The position numbers and the translations under genes are program-made. Shown in pieces: positions 22,137 through 32,486 of a stretch of 64,000 nt of DNA (position 1 is the stretch's first letter; the number at the start of each line of letters is the position of its first letter). The notes under the pieces are model-generated. The model searched no databases and was not told the DNA's origin. It saw nothing but the letters and a program-made list of their open reading frames with translations. The stretch spans positions 50,875 through 114,874 of the forward strand of contig JAZURI010000007.1 of NCBI GenBank assembly GCA_045606105.1, given 5' to 3'. The stretch is from Spirochaetia bacterium (GTDB taxonomy: Bacteria; Spirochaetota; Spirochaetia; CADAEX01).

Positions 22137-22499
22137 ATGGAAGAGAAAAAAGGATACAGAGCTGTCGGTAAATACCTCATGGCTTCACCAAAAAAGGTTC
22201 GCCCGATAGCAGATCTGATCAGAAGAAAACCTTACACTGAGGCTCTCGCAAAGCTTGAAGTTATCCCTAACAAGGGTGCAAGAATGCTTAAGAAGGTTCT
22301 TATGTCTGCAGCAGCAAATGCACTGAATCAGAATAAGAAACTTGATGAAGAGATGCTTTACGTAAAAGAGCTCCAGGTAAATGAAGGACCTAGACTTAAG
22401 AGAGTCTGGGCAAGAGCAAAAGGTAAAAGAGATATTCTTTTGAGAAGAATGAGTCATATTATCGTTGTTGTTGATGAAGTAGCTAAGGTGGGGGAATAA
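22137..22499 (+). CDS. rplV: 50S ribosomal protein L22
   Basis: SPKKVR, SAAANA, VNEGPRLKR. Confidence 0.97.
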   Translation: MEEKKGYRAVGKYLMASPKKVRPIADLIRRKPYTEALAKLEVIPNKGARMLKKVLMSAAANALNQNKKLDEEMLYVKELQVNEGPRLKRVWARAKGKRDILLRRMSHIIVVVDEVAKVGE

Positions 22500-22500
22500 G

Positions 22501-23208
22501 TTGGGACAGAAAGTTAATCCAGTTGGCTTGAGACTCGGAGTAAATAAAACCTGGAAGTCTAAATGGTATGTTGATCCTCGTGAATATGCTCAGACACTTC
22601 ATGAAGATCTTATTATAAGAAAAGAGCTTGAAAAATGTCCTGAAACAAAGGGAGCTGAAATTTCAGAGGTTGAAATTATCAGACAGCCACAGAGAATTAC
22701 AGTAGTGATTGAAACATCAAAGCCTGGAGTTCTCATTGGTGCAAAAGGAGCTACAATCGAGAAAATCGGTGAAAGGCTTCAGAAAGTTGCAGGAAAGAAA
22801 ATCCAGCTCAAGATTAAAGAGCTTAAAAAGCCTGAAGTAAATGCACAGCTTATTGCTTTCAATGTAGCAAGACAGCTTAAGTCAAAAAGTTCTTTCAGAA
22901 AAGTTCTGAAACAGTGCGTAAGCGGAGCTATGAGAGGCGGCGCTCAGGGAATCAAGATCAGAATTGCGGGAAGACTTGCCGGAGCAGAAATGGCAAGAGT
23001 TCAGCAGCATAAGGAAGGTCGTATTCCACTGCATACATTCCGTGCCGATATCGATTACGGTTTTGCTGAAGCAAATACAACTTTCGGTCTTATTGGTGTA
23101 AAAGTCTGGGTTTTCAACGGCGAAATACTCAAGAGAGATATGAAAGAAGATGCAGGTCAGGTTCTTGTTAAGAAAAAAGCAAGAAAAGCTGTAGGTCAAG
23201 GAGAGTAA
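22501..23208 (+). CDS. rpsC: 30S ribosomal protein S3 (TTG start)
   Basis: GQKVNPVGLRLG, GRLAGAEMAR, GVKVW. Confidence 0.98.
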   Translation: MGQKVNPVGLRLGVNKTWKSKWYVDPREYAQTLHEDLIIRKELEKCPETKGAEISEVEIIRQPQRITVVIETSKPGVLIGAKGATIEKIGERLQKVAGKKIQLKIKELKKPEVNAQLIAFNVARQLKSKSSFRKVLKQCVSGAMRGGAQGIKIRIAGRLAGAEMARVQQHKEGRIPLHTFRADIDYGFAEANTTFGLIGVKVWVFNGEILKRDMKEDAGQVLVKKKARKAVGQGE

Positions 23209-23211
23209 GTC

Positions 23212-23637
23212 ATGCTTAGTCCAAAACGTACTAAATATAGAAAAAGAAACCGCAGCAGCGGAAGCTTGACTGGAAATGCACACAGAGGAAATACAATTTC
23301 ATTCGGCGACTTCGGTCTGGTTGCACTTGAACCAAAGTGGATCACAAACAGACAGATTGAGGCAGCCCGTGTTGCAATGACCAGAACTATCAAGAGAGGT
23401 GGTAAGGTCTGGATCAGAATTTTCCCTGACATGCCTTACACAAAGAAACCTGCCGAAACCAGAATGGGTAAAGGTAAGGGATCCCCTGAACATTGGGTAG
23501 CAGTTGTAAAGCCTGGAATGGTAATGTTTGAAATGGGCGGCGGCGTTTCTCCGGAACTTGCAAGACAGGCTATGGAGCTCGCAGGAGATAAATTGCCGAT
23601 AAAAACAAAATTTGTAGAAAGAAGGGACATGGAGTAA
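23212..23637 (+). CDS. rplP: 50S ribosomal protein L16
   Basis: [16 protein letters not shown]. Confidence 0.98.
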   Translation: MLSPKRTKYRKRNRSSGSLTGNAHRGNTISFGDFGLVALEPKWITNRQIEAARVAMTRTIKRGGKVWIRIFPDMPYTKKPAETRMGKGKGSPEHWVAVVKPGMVMFEMGGGVSPELARQAMELAGDKLPIKTKFVERRDME

Positions 23638-23640
23638 ACT

Positions 23641-23835
23641 ATGAAAAACAGCTATAAAGAACTTACACATGAAGAACTTCTTGCTAAATATGAAGAACTG
23701 AAAAAGAAATATATGGATTTGAGATTCAAGACAGTTCTTGGTCATCTAGAGAATCCTGTTGAAAAAAGGACTATCAGAAGACAGATTGCCAGGATTAAGA
23801 CACTTATCCATGAAAAAAATCTTGGAATAAGGTAG
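23641..23835 (+). CDS. rpmC: 50S ribosomal protein L29
   Basis: [10 protein letters not shown]; operon position. Confidence 0.96.
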   Translation: MKNSYKELTHEELLAKYEELKKKYMDLRFKTVLGHLENPVEKRTIRRQIARIKTLIHEKNLGIR

Positions 23836-23845
23836 GAGAACTGAC

Positions 23846-24106
23846 ATGGAAAATAAAATTATCGGCAAGAAAATTTATACAGGTCTTGTTGTCAGCGATA
23901 AAATGGAAAAGACAATCGTTGTTGCTATTGTTACTAAGACACTTCACAGATTGTACAAGAAATATGTCGTTAGAACCAAGAAAGTTAAAGCTCATGATGA
24001 ACTGAACGAAGCACATATCGGAGATACTGTAAGAGTTATTCAGTCAAGACCGATCAGTAAGGAAAAGTGCTGGAAGCTTCTCGAAATTGTAGAGCGGGCT
24101 AAATAA
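23846..24106 (+). CDS. rpsQ: 30S ribosomal protein S17
   Basis: VVSDKMEKT, KAHDE, RPISK. Confidence 0.97.
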   Translation: MENKIIGKKIYTGLVVSDKMEKTIVVAIVTKTLHRLYKKYVVRTKKVKAHDELNEAHIGDTVRVIQSRPISKEKCWKLLEIVERAK

Positions 24107-24138
24107 TCAAGGTTGATGTTAAGGAGTGTATTTAAGAT

Positions 24139-24507
24139 ATGATACAGATGCAGACATATCTGAATGTAGCAGATAATAGCGGAGCTAAAATCGTACAGTG
24201 TATCAAGGTTCTTGGCGGAAGCCACAAGAATACAGCCGGAATCGGAGAGATCATTGTAGTAGCTGTAAAAGATGCTATTCCTAATTCACCTATCAAGAAG
24301 GGTGATGTGCATAAGGCAGTTATTGTCAGAACAACCAGTAAGATCAGAAGAAATGACGGAACTTACATCAGATTTGATGACAATGCCTGTGTAATTCTGG
24401 ATGCAAGTCTTGCACCTAAGGGTAAGAGAATTTTTGGACCAGTTGCGAGAGAACTCAGAGATGTAGATCAGATGAAGATTATTTCTCTTGCTCCGGAAGT
24501 ACTTTAG
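24139..24507 (+). CDS. rplN: 50S ribosomal protein L14
   Basis: [24 protein letters not shown]. Confidence 0.98.
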   Translation: MIQMQTYLNVADNSGAKIVQCIKVLGGSHKNTAGIGEIIVVAVKDAIPNSPIKKGDVHKAVIVRTTSKIRRNDGTYIRFDDNACVILDASLAPKGKRIFGPVARELRDVDQMKIISLAPEVL

Positions 24508-24516
24508 GAGATTTGT

Positions 24517-24834
24517 ATGGAAACAGCTAAATATAAATTGAAGAAGGAAGATCAGGTTAAGGTTATTGCCGGAAAGGAAAAAGGAAAATCCGGTAAGATT
24601 CTTAAGATTGACCGCGAAAAAGGAAAGGTTGTAGTAGCCGGTCTTAACATGGTTAAGAAAGCTCAGAAGCCAAGAAAGCAGGGCGACAAGGGCGGTATCA
24701 TCGACATCGAGGCTCCAATCGCAATTTCCAATGTAATGATTGTTTGTAAAAAATGCGGACCTACCAGAATCGGACTTGAAGGTGAAGGTAAACAGAAAGT
24801 GCGCAAGTGCAAAAAATGTGGGGAAGTACTGTAA
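24517..24834 (+). CDS. rplX: 50S ribosomal protein L24
   Basis: [20 protein letters not shown]. Confidence 0.97.
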   Translation: METAKYKLKKEDQVKVIAGKEKGKSGKILKIDREKGKVVVAGLNMVKKAQKPRKQGDKGGIIDIEAPIAISNVMIVCKKCGPTRIGLEGEGKQKVRKCKKCGEVL

Positions 24835-25382
24835 TGAGCAATAAAGAACCTAATCTTAAGATTAAATATAAAAAGGTTGCTGAAGAGCTTTTTAAGGAGT
24901 TCGGCTACAAGACAGTAATGCAGATTCCAAGAATCGAAAAAGTAGTTGTAAGCATCGGATGCGGAGACGCTATCGAAAACAAGAAGCTTCTCGATGCTGC
25001 AGTACAGGAGCTTGGACTGATTACCGGCCAGAAGCCTATCAAGACAAAAGCAAAGAAATCTATTGCAAACTTCAAGTTGAGAGAAGGCTACGAAATCGGA
25101 GCTAAGGTTACTCTCAGAAGTCAGTATATGTGGGAGTTCCTTGACAGACTTCTTAACGTTGCTCTGCCACGTGTAAAAGACTTCAGAGGTGTTAATCCTA
25201 ACGCATTTGACGGCCGCGGTAACTACTCACTGGGAATCAAAGAGCAGATTATTTTCCCTGAAATCGACTTCGACAAGATCGAAAGAGTCAGCGGACTTAA
25301 TATTGCTATTGTTACTACAAGCAATACAGACCAGGAAGCTAAGAGCTTGCTGACCAAGCTTGGAATGCCTTTTAGGAAGTAG
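24834..25382 (+). CDS. rplE: 50S ribosomal protein L5
   Basis: ITGQKP, FDGRGNY, QIIFPEI; start set at the ATG overlapping the rplX stop (TAATG). Confidence 0.97.
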   Translation: MSNKEPNLKIKYKKVAEELFKEFGYKTVMQIPRIEKVVVSIGCGDAIENKKLLDAAVQELGLITGQKPIKTKAKKSIANFKLREGYEIGAKVTLRSQYMWEFLDRLLNVALPRVKDFRGVNPNAFDGRGNYSLGIKEQIIFPEIDFDKIERVSGLNIAIVTTSNTDQEAKSLLTKLGMPFRK

Positions 25383-25391
25383 GGGTTATAG

Positions 25392-25577
25392 ATGGCTAAA
25401 AAATCAATGATCGTTAAGGCTCAGAGACAGCCGAAATTTATGACTAGGAAAGTAAACAGATGCCTCATTTGCGGTAGACCGAGAGGCTATATGAGAGATT
25501 TCCAGATGTGTAGAATTTGCTTCAGAAAACTTGCAAGCAAAGGTTTAATACCTGGTGTAACAAAATCGAGTTGGTAA
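25392..25577 (+). CDS. rpsN: 30S ribosomal protein S14 (zinc-binding type Z)
   Basis: 61 aa, CLICGR...[12 protein letters not shown]. Confidence 0.98.
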   Translation: MAKKSMIVKAQRQPKFMTRKVNRCLICGRPRGYMRDFQMCRICFRKLASKGLIPGVTKSSW

Positions 25578-25589
25578 GGGAGAAAGTAG

Positions 25590-25988
25590 ATGGCAGTATC
25601 GGATCCTGTTGCAGATATGCTTACAAAAATAAGAAATGCCAGTCGTGCAGGTTTTGAAAAAGTAGATGTTGTTCCTTCAAAACTTAAACTTGAAATAGTT
25701 AAGGTTCTCAAGAACGAGGGATATATCAAGAATTTCAAGAAAGTACAGCAAGACGGTAAGAATTTTATAAGACTCTTTCTTAAATATGATGAAATGGAAA
25801 ATCCAATCATTCATGATATTGAAAAGATCTCAAAGCCCGGAAGAAGAATTTATTCCGGCTATAAGAAAATGCCTAGAATCAAGAACGGCTACGGAACAGT
25901 TGTGGTTTCTACTTCCGCAGGTGTAACAACCGGAAAGAAGGCTACAGAAAAAATGGTCGGCGGAGAGCTGATCTGTTCAATTTGGTAG
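25590..25988 (+). CDS. rpsH: 30S ribosomal protein S8
   Basis: [27 protein letters not shown]. Confidence 0.98.
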   Translation: MAVSDPVADMLTKIRNASRAGFEKVDVVPSKLKLEIVKVLKNEGYIKNFKKVQQDGKNFIRLFLKYDEMENPIIHDIEKISKPGRRIYSGYKKMPRIKNGYGTVVVSTSAGVTTGKKATEKMVGGELICSIW

Positions 25989-25998
25989 GAGTTGGGAT

Positions 25999-26538
25999 AT
26001 GTCACGTATTGGAAAATTACCGATTCAGTTGCCAGCCGGCGTTAAGGTTACAACAGCAGACAACATTGTAACTGTAGAAGGCCCAAAGGGTAAGCTGAGT
26101 CAGAGTTATGCACCTCAGATCACTATTACTGTAAATGACAACATGGTTGTTGTTGAAAGAGCTGATGAACTGAAGGAAACAAGATCATATCATGGACTTT
26201 ACCGCAGCCTCGTAAAGAATATGGTTATCGGAGTATCAGAAGGTTACAAGAAGACCCTGGTTATCACCGGTGTTGGTTACAAGGCTGAAGTTCAGGGAAA
26301 GATTCTCCTGCTCAACCTCGGCTATTCCACACAGATCATGTACTCAATTGCAGACGGTCTTACAATCGCATGCGATGGTCCTAACAAGATTATCGTATCT
26401 GGAATTGACAAGCAGCTTGTAGGACAGACATGTGCCGAAATCAAGTCTCTCAGACCTGTTGAACCTTACAAAGGAAAGGGAATCAAGTTTGAAAATGAGT
26501 TCGTAAGACGCAAGGTCGGAAAATCAGGTACAAAATAG
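25999..26538 (+). CDS. rplF: 50S ribosomal protein L6
   Basis: MSRIGK, EPYKGKGI. Confidence 0.98.
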   Translation: MSRIGKLPIQLPAGVKVTTADNIVTVEGPKGKLSQSYAPQITITVNDNMVVVERADELKETRSYHGLYRSLVKNMVIGVSEGYKKTLVITGVGYKAEVQGKILLLNLGYSTQIMYSIADGLTIACDGPNKIIVSGIDKQLVGQTCAEIKSLRPVEPYKGKGIKFENEFVRRKVGKSGTK

Positions 26539-26549
26539 GATAGGATGAT

Positions 26550-26909
26550 ATGAAGAAGTTAATTGAGGGAAATAAAAGACGCATTCGCCGCAAGAAAAGC
26601 ATCCGTGCCAAGATCAGCGGTACTTCGGAAAGACCAAGACTTTCCATCTTCAAAAGCAATTGCCATATCTATATCCAGGCTATTGATGATGTAGAAGGAA
26701 GAACATTGGTTTCTGTTTCCAACCTGGAAAAGGATCTTCTCGAGGTTAAATCCACCGTTGAAGGTGCAAAGAAACTCGGACAGATTGCCGGTGAAAGATT
26801 GAAAGAGAAAAATATTGGAACAGTAGTTTTCGACAGAGGTGGATATATCTACCACGGAAAGGTGAAGGCTATTGCAGACGGTGCCAGGGAAGCCGGAATC
26901 ATTTTCTAG
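26550..26909 (+). CDS. rplR: 50S ribosomal protein L18
   Basis: RPRLSIFKS, VFDRGGYIYHG. Confidence 0.98.
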   Translation: MKKLIEGNKRRIRRKKSIRAKISGTSERPRLSIFKSNCHIYIQAIDDVEGRTLVSVSNLEKDLLEVKSTVEGAKKLGQIAGERLKEKNIGTVVFDRGGYIYHGKVKAIADGAREAGIIF

Positions 26910-26918
26910 GGGGACGAT

Positions 26919-27407
26919 GTGGATCAGGAAAAAGAATTTGTAGAAAAACTGATAAAGCTGAACAGAGTTGCCAAGGTAGTAAAGGGTGGTAGAAGATTCT
27001 CATTCTCAGCCCTGGTTGTTGTCGGAGACAAGAACGGATCTGCCGGATATGGTTTCGGAAAGGCAAACGACGTTTCAGATGCTATTAGAAAAGCTGTTGA
27101 TAAGGCCAAGAAAAACCTTATCAAGGTTCCTTTGAAGAATAACACAATTCCACACTCAGAAATGTGTGAATTCAAGAGTGCCAAGGTTATTATCAAACCG
27201 GCTGCTCCCGGTACAGGTGTAATTGCCGGAGGTCCGGTAAGAGCTGTAATGGAAGCTGTTGGTGTACATGACATTCTCAGCAAGTCACTCGGTTCAAAGA
27301 ACAGCATTAATATTGTAAAGGCAGTATTCAGCGGACTTGAAAATCTCATGGATGCTAAGAAGATTGCCAATGACAGAGGCAAGACTCTGAAAGATATGTG
27401 GAGTTGA
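26919..27407 (+). CDS. rpsE: 30S ribosomal protein S5 (GTG start)
   Basis: [20 protein letters not shown]. Confidence 0.98.
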   Translation: MDQEKEFVEKLIKLNRVAKVVKGGRRFSFSALVVVGDKNGSAGYGFGKANDVSDAIRKAVDKAKKNLIKVPLKNNTIPHSEMCEFKSAKVIIKPAAPGTGVIAGGPVRAVMEAVGVHDILSKSLGSKNSINIVKAVFSGLENLMDAKKIANDRGKTLKDMWS

Positions 27408-27409
27408 CA

Positions 27410-27592
27410 ATGGCTGGTAAAATCAGAATTGAATTAATCAAAAGTACAATCGGCAAAAAGCCTAACCAGGTTAAGACAGTTAAGGCTCTCGGACTCAATA
27501 AGATCAACTCTTATGTAGTTCTCGATACCAACCCTGCAATCCTCGGTATGGTAAGAACTATCAGTCATCTTGTTAAGGTTGAGGAGATTTAA
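27410..27592 (+). CDS. rpmD: 50S ribosomal protein L30
   Basis: KSTIG, ALGL, HLVKVEE; start at ATG 27410. Confidence 0.96.
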   Translation: MAGKIRIELIKSTIGKKPNQVKTVKALGLNKINSYVVLDTNPAILGMVRTISHLVKVEEI

Positions 27593-27595
27593 GCT

Positions 27596-28054
27596 ATGTC
27601 TGATATTATGATCAAGGTTCCTTACGGAGCAAACAAAAACAGAAAGAAAGTCGGACGCGGCCCGGGCAGCGGTCTCGGCAAGACATCAGGCAAAGGACAT
27701 AAGGGTCAGAATGCAAGATCCGGCGGCGGTGTACGTCCTGGATTTGAGGGTGGACAGCTCCCACTGTACAGAAGAATCTCCAGAAGAGGTTTCTCTAACT
27801 ACCCATTCAAGAAAACCTTTACAGTCGTTAACGTTGCAGATCTTGATGTTAAATTCAACGACGGAGAGACAGTTACATGGGAAGGACTTGTTGAAAGAAG
27901 ACTTATCAAGGCTTCAGATGTTCTCGTAAAGATTCTCGGTGACGGAGACGTTACAAAGAAGCTTACAATTGAAAATCTCGACATGTCTGCATCCGCAAAA
28001 GAAAAAATTGAAAACGCAGGTGGAAAAGTAATTCTGGAAGAATTAGGTAGGTAA
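27596..28054 (+). CDS. rplO: 50S ribosomal protein L15
   Basis: GRGPGSGLGKT, GFEGGQLPL. Confidence 0.98.
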   Translation: MSDIMIKVPYGANKNRKKVGRGPGSGLGKTSGKGHKGQNARSGGGVRPGFEGGQLPLYRRISRRGFSNYPFKKTFTVVNVADLDVKFNDGETVTWEGLVERRLIKASDVLVKILGDGDVTKKLTIENLDMSASAKEKIENAGGKVILEELGR

Positions 28055-28055
28055 T

Positions 28056-29384
28056 ATGGCTGGCAATCCACTTGTAGATGTATTCAGAATTAGAGATTTA
28101 CGGCAGAGACTCATTTTTACTTTTGCTGTCCTGATTGTATTCAGAATCGGAGCAACAATTCCAATTCCTGGAATTAATGTAAATGCTCTGCAGTTGTACT
28201 ATCTGACAGCACAGAGCTCCGCTAGCGGAGTTATCGGCTTTGCTGATTATATCGATTTTTTTGCTGGTGGTGGTTTTAAAAACTTTTCCGTATTCATGCT
28301 TGGAATTATGCCATATATTTCCATGTCAATTATCATGCAGCTTCTTATTCTTGTTTTCCCGAAACTCAAGAAGATTTCAATGGAAGACGGCGGCAGAAAG
28401 AAGATTGCAAGATATACAAGATACGGAACAGTTATCGTATGTCTTATTCAGTCCTATGCGGCAACAGTTTATGCAAGACAGATTCCTGATGCGGTTACAA
28501 TGTCAAGACTGGCATATTCGCTTATCGCGATTGTAACAGTAACAACAGGAAGTATGCTCCTTGTATGGATGGGTGAGCAGATTACCCAGCGCGGTGTAGG
28601 AAACGGTATCTCTCTCCTGATTTTTGCCGGTATCGTGGCAAGAATGCCTGAAGCATTCATCGTCCTTTTCGGCAGGATCAGAACCAAGGATATCAACCCT
28701 GTATTCATGATTGTTGTGCTTGCAATGTTTGTCGTTGTAATAGCTCTGGTCATCTACGAACAGCAGGGACAACGAAAGATTCCTGTGCATTATGCAAAGA
28801 GAGTAGTCGGAAGAAGGATGTACGGCGGACAGAATACATATATTCCGTTCAAAATTAACCCATCAGGTGTTATTCCGGTTATTTTTGCATCTTCAGTAAT
28901 GACATTCCCACTCCAGATTCTCGGAGGCTTAGGTGTAAAGATCAGATGGATGGGCACATTGGCCTATTGGTTCAGACCTTCAGGCTGGCTCTACCTTACA
29001 GTGTACACACTGCTTATTATCTTTTTTGCTTATTTCTATACTCAGGTAACACTGAACCCTACAGAAATTTCAAAACAGATCAGAGAGAACGGAGGTTCTA
29101 TTCCAGGTATCAGATCTGAGAAAATGGAAGCTTATCTTCAGAGAATTTTGAACAGGATAGTTCTGGCCGGTTCATTATTCCTTGCTTTTATCGCACTTAT
29201 CCCTACACTGGTGCAGATAATTTTCAACTTTCCGAGTCAGGTTGCGATGCTTATGGGCGGAACATCATTGTTGATTATGGTTGGAGTCGATCTTGACTTT
29301 ATGTCCCAGATTGAAGGTCATATGAAAATGCACCATCATGACGGAATCGTAAAGAAGGGCAGGATCAGGTCCAGAAATTTATAA
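28056..29384 (+). CDS. secY: Preprotein translocase subunit SecY
   Basis: LGIMPYI, GNGISLLI, GVIPVIFA, GGTSLLI. Confidence 0.98.
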   Translation: MAGNPLVDVFRIRDLRQRLIFTFAVLIVFRIGATIPIPGINVNALQLYYLTAQSSASGVIGFADYIDFFAGGGFKNFSVFMLGIMPYISMSIIMQLLILVFPKLKKISMEDGGRKKIARYTRYGTVIVCLIQSYAATVYARQIPDAVTMSRLAYSLIAIVTVTTGSMLLVWMGEQITQRGVGNGISLLIFAGIVARMPEAFIVLFGRIRTKDINPVFMIVVLAMFVVVIALVIYEQQGQRKIPVHYAKRVVGRRMYGGQNTYIPFKINPSGVIPVIFASSVMTFPLQILGGLGVKIRWMGTLAYWFRPSGWLYLTVYTLLIIFFAYFYTQVTLNPTEISKQIRENGGSIPGIRSEKMEAYLQRILNRIVLAGSLFLAFIALIPTLVQIIFNFPSQVAMLMGGTSLLIMVGVDLDFMSQIEGHMKMHHHDGIVKKGRIRSRNL

Positions 29385-29428
29385 ACCATTTTAAATGGTA
29401 GATTGAAGGATTTTCAAAGAGGAGTGAT

Positions 29429-29542
29429 ATGAAAGTCAGAGTGAGTGTAAAACCTTTGTGTGAAAAATGCAAAGTAATCAGAAGAAAAGGTGTTCTGAGA
29501 ATTGTTTGTCAGAATCCAAAACATAAACAAAGACAGCGCTAA
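29429..29542 (+). CDS. rpmJ: 50S ribosomal protein L36 (37 aa, not in ORF track)
   Basis: [37 protein letters not shown]. Confidence 0.97.
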   Translation: MKVRVSVKPLCEKCKVIRRKGVLRIVCQNPKHKQRQR

Positions 29543-29558
29543 GGGGAGAAATTAAAAG

Positions 29559-29924
29559 ATGGCAAGAATTGCGGGTATTGACCTTCCCAACAAGAGTGCA
29601 AAAATTGCACTGACATATATTTATGGTATCGGCAGAACTTCAGCAGTAGAAATCTGCGAAAAGACTGGTATTGATAAGGACATCAAGATCAACGATCTTA
29701 CACCTGAACAGGTAAACAACCTCAGAAAGGTTATTGAAACCGAATACAAGGTTGAGGGTCGTCTCAGATCAGAGATTGCTCTTAATATCAAGCGTTTGAT
29801 GGATATCGGATGTTACCGCGGTCTCAGACACAGAAAGGGACTCCCGGTAAGAGGCCAGAGAACAAAGACCAATGCACGTACAAGAAAAGGCAAGAAGAAG
29901 ACTGTTGCCGGAAAGAAGAAGTAA
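29559..29924 (+). CDS. rpsM: 30S ribosomal protein S13
   Basis: [19 protein letters not shown]. Confidence 0.98.
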   Translation: MARIAGIDLPNKSAKIALTYIYGIGRTSAVEICEKTGIDKDIKINDLTPEQVNNLRKVIETEYKVEGRLRSEIALNIKRLMDIGCYRGLRHRKGLPVRGQRTKTNARTRKGKKKTVAGKKK

Positions 29925-29940
29925 GGATTGGAGGAAGTAA

Positions 29941-30321
29941 GTGGCTACTGTAAAAAAGAAAAAAGATAAAATTTCAGTATTCAGCGGAAATGTATACATC
30001 AAGGCAAGCTTTAACAACACAATTGTTACAGTAACTGACCTGATGGGAAATGCAATTTCATGGGCAAGTGCCGGCGGACTCTCTTTCAGAGGAGCTAAGA
30101 AATCTACTCCTTACGCTGCTCAGACAACAGCTGAAACAGCTGCAAAGAAGGCAATGGACTACGGTCTCAGAGAAGTAAACGTTTTCATCAACGGACCTGG
30201 TGTTGGAAGAGAATCAGCTATCAGATCTTTGGGTGGACTGGGACTTAAGGTACTTTCAATCAGAGACGTTACACCGATTCCACACAACGGATGTCGGCCT
30301 AAGAAAACCAGAAGAGTGTAA
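29941..30321 (+). CDS. rpsK: 30S ribosomal protein S11 (GTG start)
   Basis: [17 protein letters not shown]. Confidence 0.98.
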   Translation: MATVKKKKDKISVFSGNVYIKASFNNTIVTVTDLMGNAISWASAGGLSFRGAKKSTPYAAQTTAETAAKKAMDYGLREVNVFINGPGVGRESAIRSLGGLGLKVLSIRDVTPIPHNGCRPKKTRRV

Positions 30322-30336
30322 TTGAGGTAAAATCAG

Positions 30337-30972
30337 ATGGGAAGATATATAGGACCAACCTGCAGATTGTGCAGAACAGAAAAGAGAAAACTTATGCTTA
30401 AGGGTGAACGCTGTAACTCAGCAAAATGCCCTATAGCTAAGAAAAAAGAGGCTCCTGGAAAAGCAGCAAAGGCAAGAAGCGGAAAGCTTTCCGACTACGG
30501 TCTGCAGCTCAGAGAGAAACAGAAGCTCAGAAAGATTTACGGTATGCTTGAGAAGCAGTTCAAGCTTACATTTGACGAAGCTAACAGAGAAAAAGGTAAG
30601 ACAGGTGAAAACCTTATTACTCTTCTCGAAAGCAGACTGGACAACATTGTTTACAGACTCAGATTTGCTTCTTCCAGAAATCAGGCAAGACAGCTTGTAA
30701 ACCACGGGCATATTCTTGTAAACGGAAAGAAGACAGATATTCCTTCTTATCTCGTTAAGGCAAATGACGTGATTGAAATCAAGGAATCAAGCAAGAAATC
30801 TGAAGTTATTAAGGAAAGTCTCAAGGAATTCTCAAAATCAGGCGTTATGCCTTGGTTGGAAGTAGATCCTGATAATATGAAAGGTGTAGTAAAGGCACTG
30901 CCGCTTAGAAGCGAAGTTGTTGACTTGGCTGATATTAACGAGCAGTTGATCGTCGAACTTTATTCGAGGTAA
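30337..30972 (+). CDS. rpsD: 30S ribosomal protein S4
   Basis: QLREKQK, LESRLDN, IVELYSR. Confidence 0.98.
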   Translation: MGRYIGPTCRLCRTEKRKLMLKGERCNSAKCPIAKKKEAPGKAAKARSGKLSDYGLQLREKQKLRKIYGMLEKQFKLTFDEANREKGKTGENLITLLESRLDNIVYRLRFASSRNQARQLVNHGHILVNGKKTDIPSYLVKANDVIEIKESSKKSEVIKESLKEFSKSGVMPWLEVDPDNMKGVVKALPLRSEVVDLADINEQLIVELYSR

Positions 30973-30976
30973 TTAG

Positions 30977-32026
30977 ATGGCAAGAAAAAACCTTTTAAAG
31001 GGATTCAAGAAGCCTTCAGGTTTATCACTGGAACCGGGTGAGGTAACCCGGGACTACGGAAAATTTATTGCCGCTCCGTTTGAGAGAGGATATGCCGCCA
31101 CAATCGGTAACTCCATGAGACGCATTCTCCTCTCCTCAATCCAGGGATATGCTGTTGTTGCTGTTTACATCACTTGTTATAAAGATGGCACACCGCACAT
31201 CATTTCAAGTGAGTTTGAATCTATCCCCGGCGTAGTTGAGGATACTCCTGAAATTATCAACAACCTCAAGGAGCTCTGCATAACTCTTACTGATGATTCA
31301 GAAGACAGAGTTATCTTTCTCCCTGACCTTACAAACAGGGTAATTACAGGAAAGGATCTGGAAATTGACTCAAATATCAGAGTTGAGAACAAGGATCTCA
31401 AAATCGCTACACTGATGGAAGATGCTCATATCGATCTTGAAATCCAGGTGTCCCTCGGAAGAGGTTATATTCCTGCCGAAGTGAATGAAAAGTATATCGA
31501 AAAAATAGGAACAATTCCAATCGACGGAATTTTCTCACCGGTAAAAAGGGTACGCTACTCCTGGGAAAATACAAGAGTCGGCAGCAGAAATGATTATGAG
31601 AAGCTTATTCTTGAAGTTTGGACAGATGGAACCATTGCACCGATAGATGCTGTAGCGGAAGCTGCTAAGATAGCTAAGGATCATTTTACTATTTTCATTA
31701 ACTTTGATGAGAAAGAAATCGGATGTGATGAAGAAGTCGATGAAAATGAAGAAAAAATCAGGCAGTTTTTGGCAACACCTGTAAGTGAACTTGAGCTTTC
31801 CGTAAGAGCAAGCAATTGTCTCAACAAGGCAAAGATTGCTACACTGGGAGAATTGACTGTTAAGACTGAGGAGGATATTCTCAAGACAAGAAACTTCGGA
31901 AGAAAATCTCTTGCTGAAATCAAGGGTAAACTTGCTGAATGGGGTCTTACTCTCGGTATGACAGATTACAGCAATTTAAAAATTAAACCAAAAACACCAC
32001 AGAAGGAAAACAAAGATGAAGCATAA
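30977..32026 (+). CDS. rpoA: RNA polymerase alpha subunit
   Basis: TIGNSMRRILLSS, LELSVRASNCL, RNFGRKSL. Confidence 0.98.
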   Translation: MARKNLLKGFKKPSGLSLEPGEVTRDYGKFIAAPFERGYAATIGNSMRRILLSSIQGYAVVAVYITCYKDGTPHIISSEFESIPGVVEDTPEIINNLKELCITLTDDSEDRVIFLPDLTNRVITGKDLEIDSNIRVENKDLKIATLMEDAHIDLEIQVSLGRGYIPAEVNEKYIEKIGTIPIDGIFSPVKRVRYSWENTRVGSRNDYEKLILEVWTDGTIAPIDAVAEAAKIAKDHFTIFINFDEKEIGCDEEVDENEEKIRQFLATPVSELELSVRASNCLNKAKIATLGELTVKTEEDILKTRNFGRKSLAEIKGKLAEWGLTLGMTDYSNLKIKPKTPQKENKDEA

Positions 32027-32444
32027 ATCAGGTTTTAATGCACTTAACATGAAAAGTGCCCGCAGAAAAGCGGTAAAGAGAAGCATGGTTACCTCTGTTT
32101 TTAAATATGAAAGAATCAAGACAACTAAGGCAAGAGCTCTTGAAATCAGAAGAATGGCTGAAAAGATGATTACCAGAGCAAAAGCTGATTCTGTTCATAA
32201 CCGCAGAGTTATTGCTGAAGATATCAAGGATGAAGCAGTACTTGCAAAGCTGTTTGTAGATATTGCTCCTAGATTCGCAACAAGAAACGGTGGTTACACA
32301 AGAATCATCAAACTTGGCAGAAGAAACAACGATGCTGCAGAAGTAGTTCTTCTTGAGCTTGTAGACAGAAAAGTAAAAGAGAAGAAAGAAAAAAAAGAAA
32401 AGGCTAAGAAGCCTGAAGCAAAAGCTCCTGCAAAAGAGAACTGA
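32016..32444 (+). CDS. rplQ: 50S ribosomal protein L17
   Basis: IKTT, RNGGYTRIIK. Confidence 0.97.
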   Translation: MKHKSGFNALNMKSARRKAVKRSMVTSVFKYERIKTTKARALEIRRMAEKMITRAKADSVHNRRVIAEDIKDEAVLAKLFVDIAPRFATRNGGYTRIIKLGRRNNDAAEVVLLELVDRKVKEKKEKKEKAKKPEAKAPAKEN

Positions 32445-32449
32445 TATTG

Positions 32450-32478
32450 AGGGGAAGTTAAGGCTTCCCCTTATTTTT
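32450..32478 (+). terminator. Terminator of the alpha operon
   Basis: AGGGGAAG/CTTCCCCT stem followed by TATTTTT. Confidence 0.85.
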
Positions 32479-32486
32479 ATCTGCCT

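Noticed and set aside
29385-29428. No adk, map or infA between secY and rpmJ
   Set aside because: Known arrangement in several lineages including spirochaetes
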